Made by a program: the position numbers and the translations under genes
Shown here: piece by piece, positions 25,601 to 37,600 of the stretch
Layout of the letters: every line of letters begins with the position of its first letter
How positions within the stretch are numbered: the stretch's first letter is position 1
The notes under the pieces: generated by a model
The model's input: only the letters and a program-made list of their open reading frames with translations
Told to the model about the DNA's origin: nothing
The model's database searches: none
Origin: Ylistrum balloti
Lineage: Eukaryota
Reading direction: 5' to 3'
Assembly: GCF_031769215.1 (NCBI RefSeq)
Contig: NW_026782099.1
Span: 186,001-250,000 of the forward strand
DNA: 64,000 nt

Positions 25601-28600
25601 TGTCAGTTTCTCCAGCTTTAGACTATTTCTATCGATCTTGTTTTACCATGATATGGGCAATGATTTATATTTACTTGTGGAACAAACCACATATCACTGC
25701 CGCAAACTAGGTTGGTAACCCTTGATGATTAGTGTCATCTTTGAAAGATTTATGAAACAAACTAAACTATACGTTGCTTTCTTGGATAGATCTATATTTT
25801 ACATGGTGTTAGGTGTTGTCAATGAAGCAAAAGACACTTACCTCTCTGGAGCACCTGGTCTTATTCTTCTTGTACTACTTCAGGAGTTTCCATATAATCT
25901 TTCATCAGTTTTGAGTTTGAATTAAAATTCTGTTGATATGTTTTCTTAGTTATTTTTATTGTGTTATTAATATTCAAACATTGCATATACATCGTACCAA
26001 CTCCAGTAATATGTTAATATACCTCATAATCTATTCAGAAAGTGCTTTGTTAATGGTACCGTAGTACATTTAATACAGAAATATGATCTCCACCACAGAC
26101 ATACTGGTATAAAACAGAATAAATGAATATAGGACCGTTTTCCATGGGGACCTAATGACCTACTTGGAGAAACTAGTACTTGTGTATTCTGTTCATTGAT
26201 ATACCTCTGTATTACTGACAAGTTTAAGTTCTCATTCTACCCTATGGTTAGTACCTGGTGATTATAAACATGAAATTTCCTGCATATAAGTTTTCTTACA
26301 ATGCTGTATTATTGCTCTTTTTTAAATAATAGAATCAAACACAGTAAATTTTAGTGCTTGAATAAATCATAAATAGTACCAATGATAGTGTTGGAGTGGT
26401 TAATAATAGTCACAAGCTTTGTGATTACCAGGATAGGATGACCATCTTCACTTTCCTTGTTATTAAGGCATTACTTCAGTTATTGAAAAAAGTTACGACA
26501 TATCATGGTTAAAGTTGACTTTTGTTGAGTGCAAATGTCAAAGTAAAACCTGGGAACCCTTGGATATTGACAGTAGGTCTGTTACAACATAAAAAGAAGC
26601 TAAGAGCTACAGGAACACCCAGTTGGGGATGGGAAAAGAGTATATCAACATGGCATCTCATTGCTTCCAAATATGATAACCTTAGCTTTAATGTCGGGTA
26701 TTTCAGAAAGAAATAAATGGTCGGATGTCGATGTGATATCTGTGATGTCTGAAGTAGAACGTGGTCTTGACATGGACGTGTGCACCATCAATCATCATCA
26801 GTGAAAAACTGATTTATACCATTTCATGTGAAATTGGAGTTTCATGACTACGGCAAAAATTTTTGATAAATTGATTAGGAGCTTGTTATTTTGACAGTAG
26901 AATGTGCACAGCAGCCCCATCTCTTGGATCAATTTACTCTCAATGTTGAAATGCTTGTCTGTCAATGGCTTTTGTCTGAAACATAAACTTTATTGCTGCA
27001 CATTTTACCAAACAATATGATATTAATTCACCATCATACCATAGTTTTGCTATATTGAATTTCTCGTTAATGTTATATGCAATTTTTAATTTCCTTAGAT
27101 ACTACGAAAAATTATTACCCCGAAGGAAATATCTGCAGTATTCTTACACAACAGGCATCCTGTGGGGTATCTATTGGAAGTTAGAATGAAAAAGTCTTTG
27201 TCTTTAGACCTGTTATACAAAGCTTGGAAATTACAAAAATATATAACTGATATTGATATTCAATTATTATTTACAAAAATTCATTCTGTAATAAAATTTT
27301 TCCCTGTTCAGAAGAATTATTAACAAAAGCTATTTCCACGGTTCTGTTATAAGCCCACCAAACCCCCTTATTAAGAGCCAGGTGTATTTTTTTTTCGGCC
27401 TCTGACTTATTATTTTGTAAAAAGTCAACCTATTAACTTTGAAACAGAAGTAATATTTTCGGCCTGTGGACTTGCTTTAGGATAATATGGTACAATTATA
27501 AACCTGTGTAATCATCTTCAATGAAAAAAATATATTGTAGAATAAAAAATCCAGGAGATTCTACAAAGGCTTCTGGTGAATTAGAAGATGGATGGGATCT
27601 GTATTATACTGGTTCATTTGTGACTAAGTGAAACCCAGTAGGCTGACAGTGACAATTAGTGTATTGATCTAGGATTTGATGCATAGAATACATATTTCTT
27701 AATTGTGGGTTGTTGGAGAAGACAGCACCAGATTGGCAGATTTTGTGGACAGATGGTCTCTTGCCTGCTGGGAGTTGAGGGATATTTTTGTGATGAGGAT
27801 TTCAGGCTGACAGTCATGTGTACTCAGAGGACATATTTGTTTATTAGAGTGTTTCATTATTGTGTACATTTGTTTGAGAACAGTTATGATAGAGAGGACC
27901 AATATAACATTGGCAGTGCAGATATATGGATGTGATGATAGAGATTCATAGGCAGACCCTCTTATCCTCACCTCATCGAAAACATGTCCTCTGGGACATT
28001 TCAGTGTGTTATAAAAACATAATCATTGGTTGATCTTTGACTCTGTTTCTGCGTGCATTACTGCCTAAGTGATCTGTTGGGTGTTGTATAGGTGTCTGGA
28101 TAGAAACCAATGGCTGGCCATACTTGGCTACATTGCAAAGTGATATTTATGCATTATAAATGTTTGGTAAAATTTCCTGTTACTCTTTACAGCATTGACC
28201 CTGCTCCTGGGATCTTTTCTATTGATTTTATTCATCATGTTTGAGTGTGTAAGAAGTGTATTCCATCGGCGACCTTATGTGCCATCTTCAGGATCTGTGT
28301 CCCCCTTCCATTGGAGACCCCGCTTACCATCCTCTAGATCAGTGGCCCCAATCACACCCTCACTGGCTGTACAGAACTCCGACAAAGGCTGGCTCTGGAA
28401 CATTATATGGGGCACAAATGTTTCTGCCCAGTACTGTGTGGTCCAATGGGGCTGGACAAGTCCCCATGGTGTCGGCAATACTATGTCTTTTACAGTACAG
28501 GTATGTCAATTTATTTTTTCTGTTCTAGATTCTTGAAGTTTTGAAAATATTTAACATTTTAATCTTTAATAATTAAATACTTCCCTGATATTGAATAATT

Positions 28601-31600
28601 AGTTTTCTCTATTCTTTATCTAAATCTATATCTGATATCGCCGTGATTATGTGTGTTAAGTTTTTATTTATTTTTTTTTTTTTAAATTATGTTGATTTGC
28701 TATAACTCTTTAATTTTGCAATTCAATGAGAGTTAAAAATTTAGATTTATATCCAGTGATAGTAAATATTTCAGATCTATTTTCACTGTATACCTACAGT
28801 TACATGTGGTGTCTAGTTACAGCAAAATAAATCCGAAAACTTGGGAAAAATATATTTGCATTGTTTAGACCAAGAACTTGTTGGCAAAATATGAACATTT
28901 ATTACAAATATACGGCATAATCGTTTTAATTTTTAATCTTTTTCATAAGCATATTATTGATATGCTTCACGTCTCACAAATATTTGTAAGACCCTTTATA
29001 TCAGGTATCTGAAATAGCTGATCTGCCAGAAAAAAAAATATATATTTGGAATCAGATTAGTTTCTTTCACATGTCAATAATGATGTAAAATCTGATGATT
29101 GATAAAGGCTAGTTTATGATACTTTGTCATTCTTACTTGTATGAACTTGTCACTGAACTTAATCTTGTGAGTACATTATTTTCCAGTTAATAGGCCTCAA
29201 CATTTTACCTCCTGTGACTTAAATATGTGGATAAACAAAACCACAAACAAAATTAGGCCAATGAAAAAAAATCTGTGTCTTCTACATCATATAAACTATC
29301 AACACTGATTTTAAATCTCTTTGAGGATTGTTCTATCAATATTATGTTATTAGTATAAAATAGACAATCCTTCAGTTCTTGTTAAGTTAGGTAGGGAGTA
29401 TAAACCCTGAAACCTGGAAACTATAAAAATTGTGAATCCTTGGTGTCTCTGGTAACCCTTGTTTGTACAGCTGGAATCAGTCCTGTGCCTTTATGTATCA
29501 TAATCATGATCTTCATCAACAGCCAATTAAACTTAATGGTTACAAGGTCAATATTTATCTTATGGCATGGTACAGTAATAGTGGTTCTATCTCATTTACA
29601 TGATTGGACTGTATTATAGTTGTAATTATTAAAGTTCATTACTGATTTTTCTTCACAGTGTGACAGTTTTCCATGTTAGAATAAGTCTGTCCCTATAGCT
29701 ATGTAACCTTGAACTGTCCAGAATAACATTGACCTTGGTGGTATTACATTAACCTTGGCAGATTAACCTTGTCAGTGTAGCATTAACCTTGGCAGTATAA
29801 CATTGTCCCCTGACAGTATAATATTGACCTTGGCACTATAGCATTGACTTTGTCAGTGTAACATTTTCCCTGGTAAAATATATTGACCTTGTCAGTATAA
29901 CATTGACCTTGCCAGTATAACATTTTCACTGGTAATATAATATTGACCTTGGCAATATAACATTGACCTTGCCAGTATAACATTTTCACTGGTAATATAA
30001 TATTGACCTTGTCAGTATAGCATTGACCTTGCCAGGATAACATTTTCCCTGGTAATATGATATTACCTTGTCGGTATAGCATTGACCCTGACAGTATAAT
30101 ATTGACCTTGGCAGTATAGCATTGACCTTGCCAGTATAACATTTTCACTGGTGATATAATATTGACCTTGTCAGTATAGCATTAACCTTGCCAGTATAAC
30201 ATTTTCCCTGGTAATATAATATTGACCTTGTCAGTATAGCATTGACCTTGCCAGGATAACATTTTCCCTGGTAATATAATATTGACCTTGTCAGTATAGC
30301 ATTAACCTGACAATATAATATTGACTTTGTCAGTATAGCATTAACCTTGCCAGGATAACATTTTCCCTGGTAATATAATATTGACCTTGTCAGTATAGCA
30401 TTGACCTTGCCAGGATAACATTTTCCCTGACAATATAATATTGACCTTGTCAGTATAGCATTAACCTGACAATATAATATTGACCTTGTCAGTATAGCAT
30501 TAACCTTGCCAGGATAACATTTTCCCTGACAATATAATATTGACCTTGTCAGTATAGCATTAACCTGACAATATAATATTGACTTTGTCAGTATAGCATT
30601 AACCTTGCCAGGATAACATTTTCCCTGGTAATATAATATTGACCTTGTCAGTATAGCATTGACCTTGCCAGGATAACATTTTCCCTGACAATATAATATT
30701 GACCTTGTCAGTATAGCATTAACCTGACAATATAATATTGACCTTGTCAGTATAGCATTAACCTTGCCAGGATAACATTTTCCCTGGTAATAAGTTTTGT
30801 AGAGGAAATTTTTCATGCTTCACTAGATCTTTAAGGATGGAGTTATAACATTTCATCTTTCATTTACAGAACTAATACTTATGTACAGTTATAAGTACTC
30901 ATTTTTATTGTAATTCTTTATTGACGATGTAATTCCATTACTTGTCTTAATTCTCACAAAATCCATGCCTTGAGAAGACTGGAGTGATCTTTTCTGTGTT
31001 GTGTTATTGATGTATAGAAATAGGAATATAAGGGAATGGAGATCAGAGGCATTCATCAACAGAGATAGAAAGAGATGGCCTTCTCCCTCTTCTGTATGCC
31101 ATGGATAGATTGATGATACTACCACCCTGCAGGCTAATCTGTCTGTATCACTCCATCAGTAATCTAACTGCCTATTGTAGTGGAGGCTGGCAAAGCTTCC
31201 CTTCATTTGGCCAGGCTCTGTTTGATGTATGGGTGTTTGTAAGGAAATTATGTCACAAAGCATGTGTCAAAAATAATCCATAACCATTCTGTGGTGTTCA
31301 ATTGCTCACAAAGGATGGATCTCAGTGTAGGATATATCAGGCCATTTGAGTTGGTTGGTGTTGATTGTGATACATCAGGAAAATGGCCTACTAAATTTTA
31401 ATAGGGAATGTATATGCAGTTTTACATAAATTCTATTGTAAATTGATATTAACTCCAGCTAATAGTTTTAATGATTCTGCCATTCGTGAGATTAAAGCCT
31501 ATGATTTAGATGTTGGTCTTTGTTAAAATGTTTCAAATGGATATAATTGTCGTGATTTAAGGCAATTTAGGACTGTTTTAGTCAGTTCTAACCAGAGGTC

Positions 31601-34600
31601 ATACTGTAAAAATAGTGGATTCCAGTAAAGATGAGCAAAAGTTGCTATGAAATTTATACATTTCCAGAGTTAACTGTTCTAACATTTGTCAATCTGAGTA
31701 GAAAAGAAGGAGGCAGTCTGATTACTTGGAATAGCCCAGGCAGAGGTAGTCTGGTGTTCTAGTAGTAGCCTAGACAGAGGTAGTCTGGTGTTCAAGGAAT
31801 AGCCTAGACAGAGGTAGTCTGGTGTTCAAGGAATAGCCTAGACAGAGGTAGTCTGGTGTTCAAGGAATAGCCCAGGCAGAGGTAGTCTGGTGTTCTAGTA
31901 GTAGCCTAGACAGAGATAGTCTGGTGTTCAAGGAATAGCCTAGACAGAGGTAGTCTGGTGTTCAAGGAATAGCCCAGGCAGAGGTAGTCTGGTGTTCTAG
32001 TAGTAGCCTAGACAGAGGTAGTCTGGTGTTCTTGTAGTAGCCTAGACAGAGGTAGTCTGGTGTTCAAGGAATAGCCTAGACAGAGGTAGTCTGGTGTTCA
32101 AGGAATAGCCTAGACAGAGGTAGTCAGGTTTTCTAGTAGTAGCCAAGAGGGAGGTAGTCTGGTGTTCTAGTAGTAACTTAGAGGGAGGTAGTCTGGTTAC
32201 TAGGAGTAGTGTAGAGGGAAGTAGTCTGGTTACTATGAGTAGTGTAGAGGGAAGTAGTCTGGTTACTAGGAGTAGTGTAGAGGGAAGTAGTCTGGTTACT
32301 AGGAGTAGTGTAGAGGGAGGTAGTCTGGTTACTAGGAGTAGTGTAGAGGGAGGTAGTCTGGTTACTAGGAGTAGGGTAGAGGGAGGTAGTCTGGTTACTA
32401 GGAGTAGTGTAGAGGGAAGTAGTCTGGTTACTAGGAGCAGTGTAGAGGAAGGCAGATTGGTTACTAGGAGTAGTGTAGAGGGAGGTAGTCTGGTTACTAG
32501 GAGTAGTGTAGAGGGAGGTAGTCTGGTTACTATGAGTAGTGTAGTGGGAAGTAGTCTGGTTACTAGGAGTAGTGTAGTGGGAAGTAGTCTGGTTACTAGG
32601 AGTAGTATAGAGGGAAGCAGACTGGTTACTAGGAGTAGTGTAGAGGGAGGTAGTATGGTTACTAGGAGTAGTGTAGAGGAAGGCAGATTGGTTACTAGGA
32701 GTAGTGTAGAGGCGGGTATTATTGCTACTAGGACAGACATGTTGTTGTATGGAGTCTAAAGGAAAGAAAATCAGCATTTGAAAATCAGTAGACTGAAATT
32801 CAAAGTAAACTCCTTAGTATAATTAACAGTTACTTACATTACAGATATTATATGTTTTTCAGCCACTTATTAGATAGGTATAATGACTATGTGGCATAGC
32901 ATAATACAACCATTAGGATATTGCTGTAAAGAGTGGATAAGTTCATCATGTAATCTCTGGCATTATTATTTTCACCAATCACTAACTCATATAACCAACT
33001 ATGTTGGAACTATGTTCTGACTGTCCTGTAAACAGACTGTATTTGGAGCCAAGGAAAACAGCTCTTCTCATGGATTGTGTTGATCCATTTATATTGAAGT
33101 ATCTATTGGCTCCATGCATGCAGACTTTGACAAGGTTGGCATTTACAAAACTCATTTCCAGGCTCGATTGCAGAGTCTGCATTATAAATTGGATGTATTT
33201 TGGTTGGCAGTGGTATATATCAACTTTGTAATAGGCTTCAACACAGTTGGCAATAATGTTGAGTGTGGTCAATACACCATTCCGTGATGAATCAGTCTTG
33301 TCGCAATGAACACATTTCAGATTTGAGCTATTTCTGAAAAAGATAACTTACTGTTAAAACAGCAAATATTGAGTGCTTTGGTGTATAAATCAGTAACCTT
33401 GGTTGGAGGAAAATTAAGGTGGAGTCCTCAGCTTTAACATTTGTGGTGTTAAGATACAGGATTGACAGGTAGACTTGCTATGAATTCATCTTTTTTGATT
33501 TTATATACTTATATTCTATCATGATCTACAGTACCACTGTCAATAGTTGATGTTGTTTGAGTAATGGAGTCCTCACTTTACCAGGATGTTTCAGTAACTT
33601 AAAAGTGCAAGCATACATGTTACATACAACTCTCAGAACAAGTTTATATAAAGATGCTTTTACACTGCCTCTTAAATACAGGCTTGTTTCACAGACTAAT
33701 CCTGCTTTAGTTTAATGATTCAGTGACATTCTGAATTCTTGAATTTAAATATGAATACATATTTAATATACATTTATCTACTGACAAATTATCATACAGG
33801 ATGTAGATTTGAATCGAATATCTGAGAAAAAAGAAAAAAAAAAGTTGATTGTCTTTGAAAATGATATTACTTCTATCTTCTATAGTCCTTTTTTTGTTTT
33901 GTTTCAGTTGTTCCGAAAAAATGGCAAACCATATGTGATTGTGAACGAGGACACAAGTAACATTATTGTGGAAATTTTACACCGTGGAATTAAAGTGGCT
34001 TGTACTAAACAGCAAGACAAGGAAGGAGGCAAATCCAACACAGTGCGTGTGTCCTTTACTGTCCACCGATCAGGCCCATACAAAATCTCTGTCATGGTTT
34101 CAGGGAAGCACATTAAAGATAGTCCCTTTACGAGGGAGTTTGATGCCGGTGAGTAAATTTACAGAATATACAGCACTTCTATCACCATCAAATTGATGGC
34201 TTAAATTCTTATTTTAAAGATTTTATACTGAATTATTAGTTAAACATATTTGATCATATAATTTTCTCCTTAGATTTCATTTTTCATGTCTTAAGACTTA
34301 AACTCATCAAAAACAGACATATATCTGTTTACATGTGATTTCAGATCTGTATTAAATGCTTTAGAAAACCTTACTTTTAATGAGCCACAGTCGACTATGT
34401 TGTAACCCTTTTGGTCCTGTTGTGATGATATCTACTGAGGAAATAGAAACAGGATCCATGTAACTCTGAATAGATTATTTCTATTACTTTTGCTTTACAA
34501 CACTAGACAGTGCAAGTGCACTGACTTGTATGTAGTCCTGAACTCTAGTTTTCTTTTTATCACTTACAAATTATTAGCAGAATTACACTAGCATTTTTAA

Positions 34601-37600
34601 TGTTAAATATGGTAGACAAACAATGAAATATCTGTCTATCCTAAAGAAATTCCTCAGCATAATTAATGACAGTAAAATATTCAAATATAGTCAGATTGCA
34701 GTAGCATACCTTAACACTGATTTTCTAAAAATACTTGTGAAAATAAAATTGTCCATGTCCTACATCTTATGGTGCTCTATCATAGCAGATTCTTAACCTG
34801 TAGGATCATTGTGCATGTTTGTCAGATTGATGAGAAGTTTTTAATAAATAATGCCTTGGTAGGTTGATAAAGGTTAAGGTCAATAATAGGCTTAAAGGTC
34901 AGACCAGTATACATTTGTGTGATAGGTCTCATTTGGTGGGTTTATTGCCCTGTGAATAGCCAGGATCTTTTTATGAGGTCTCCTTGTAGAAGCTGGTGGC
35001 TACCTCAGTGAACAACATACAGAAGGCCTGTTATATGTCATCCAGAGCAATTTAGGTTAAATGTATTGCCTTAGGACACAACCATGTCATCACAGACTGG
35101 TCTATTTCTAAACTTCCTGAGAAACGCAATCTGCCGATGGTGGGGAGGGTGGAACCATGCACCTCTTATCTTTACATGAAGTTTCCTAGGCAAATGCTCT
35201 AAATGACTGAACTATCATGGCCCCTTTGTATGATAGGAAATTTATAAAGCACTAGTTTATAAGGATCCATGATGTATATAACAATGTTCAACATTATAAA
35301 TCATTATCAATAACAGATGAGATTTGATAGTCTATATTTAATACCATGATAATGAGGATGCCAAGACATTAAATCTATATATTCTCCTCATATCAGACAT
35401 AAATGGGCTTCACTTTTACCTATTTCTATTTATGAGGAGGACAATGTAGGAAAAATGTGTTTTTCTTCAAACATTTCTTTTTTAAAGTAGAATTTTTTTT
35501 CTCAGCTTGAATGAGGACCTTGGTACAGTGGAAATTTGTTACGGTTTTATATTTTATTTGTTTTTTGTTTTTTTTAATGGCATTCTTGTACATCTTTAAG
35601 TAGTCTGTTTGTGTGCTGCATTGTGTCTCTAAATCAGTAATGGCGGGACTACTTACAGGTTGTATTACTTTTATTATTAATCATATTGCACTATCTGTTG
35701 AAACATACTAAATTTGGAACATATTACAATTACTTATTACATTCTTTATCTGATGTTGTTGTAGGTCCTATTGATGCTAGTAGGACAGGGTTTACCAACT
35801 ATTGTTCTACGATAGTATGTACTCCGGGCACTCCTTACCCCCTCACCATAGAAACACAGGACTCCTTCGGGAACCCAGCTGTCTACAAAGCAGACCAAAA
35901 CCATTACTTCAAAATCAAAGTTATAGAAGTAAGTCCTCCTGAAATGTTTTATTTTTGGATATTTTCTTTCTCTGTAGCGTGAAATAACAGTCTCACTTGC
36001 AGACAAATAATGTTTTACTGAGGGAAAATCTATATTTCAGTTCCTACACAATAAACTAATGTGAGGGAGCAGACTCAAAATTTATAAGATATGTCTTGGT
36101 GTATTGCTAACTTCTCAAGTTATGAAATTTATATGGTAACTCCTTTATTTAGCTGTATCTTAGATATTTGTCAATGTTTTATAGGAGAACAGAAATTTCT
36201 GTAGAAATGCAAGGAAGAGGTGAATTAAGCTTGGATGGTTGAAGGACGGATATGAATCAGAAGTGAAGTCAGACTCATATAAAATTCATGACTTTCTGTA
36301 TTGATGTTTATGTCAAATGATATCATAGTAATGTGATTGATACACCTAAAAAAGTTATCTGGCTGCCAAAAAATCAATGAAGAAGATTACTTTGTGGAAA
36401 GGAAGGAGTCCAGACTTGTGAGAGTTTACTAATTATTTCAGATTGTATAGAAACGTACAGCTTTCTGTATAACCATTCTATATGAGAAAGGGGAACATGA
36501 GGTAGAGTCAGGTCTCACTGTGGTAAAGTTAGGTCTCACCTCAGTAGTGTCAGGTGTCGCCTCAGTAATGTCAGGTCTCACCTCAGTAGTGTCAGGTCTC
36601 ACCTCAGTAGTGTCAGGCGTCGCCTCAGTAATGTCAGGTCTAACTTACGTAGAGTCAGGTCTCACTGTGGTAGTAGTCAAATCTCACTGAAGTAGAGTCA
36701 GGTCTCATTGTGGAGAGTCAGGTCTCATTGAAGTGAAGTCAGGTCTCATTGTAGTGTAGTCAGATCTCACTTTGGTAGAGTCAGGTGTCTCTTTATGTTA
36801 AAGTCAGGTCTTGTTCGATAAGACTCAGGTCTCACTGTGTTAGTAGTAAAATTTCTCTGTAGTAGAGGCAAGTCTTACCTTAGTAATGCCAGGTCTTACA
36901 CTGGCAGTCAGTTCTCACTGTGTTAGTAGTCAGATCTCACTGTAGTAGAGTCAGGTCTTACTGTAGTAGAGTCAGGTCTTACTGTAGTAGAGGCAAGTCT
37001 CACCTTAGTAATGCCAGGTCTTACACTGGCAGTCAGTTCTCACTGTGTTAGTAGTCAGATCTTACTGTAGTAGAGTCAGGTCTTACTGTAGTAGAGGCAA
37101 GTCTCACCTTAGTAATGCCAGGTCTTACACTGGCAGTCAGTTCTCACTTTGGTAGTAGTCAGATCTCACTGTAGTAGAGTCAGGTCTTACTGTAGTAGAG
37201 GCAAGTCTTACCTCAGTAATGCCAGGTCTTACACTGGCAGTCAGTTCTCACATTGGTAGTAGTCAGGTCTCACTGTAGTAGAGTCAGGTCTTACTGTAGT
37301 AGAGGCAAGTCTCACCTTAGTAATGCCAGGTCTTACACTGGCAGTCAGTTCTCACTTTGGTAGTAGTCAAATATCGCTGTAGTAGAGTCAGTCCTCCCTG
37401 TGGAGAGTCAGGTCTCATTGTAGAAGGCTCAGGTCTCACTGTAGTGCAGTCCGGTCTCACCTTAGTAATGTCAGGTCTCACTGTGGCAGCCAGGTCTCAC
37501 TTTGGTAGTAGTCAGGTCTCACTGTAGTAGAGTCAGGTCTCACTGTAGTAGAGTCAGGCCTCTCTGTGGTAAAATCTGGTCTTACTGTATAGGAGTCAGT

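Noticed and set aside
29783-32777. Long ORFs 29783-30816 and 32042-32777 as proteins
   Set aside because: Produced by repeat units that are multiples of 3; open on several frames or strands; no splice or homology support
33283-33337. C/D-box snoRNA-like GTGATGA...CTGA
   Set aside because: Only about 55 nt, negligible terminal stem, no recognisable rRNA/snRNA guide
36185-36219. 35-nt cassette exon (ATAG|...GAG|GTGAAT) in AREL1 intron 6
   Set aside because: Would frameshift; exons 6 and 7 already join in phase 0; weak pyrimidine tract
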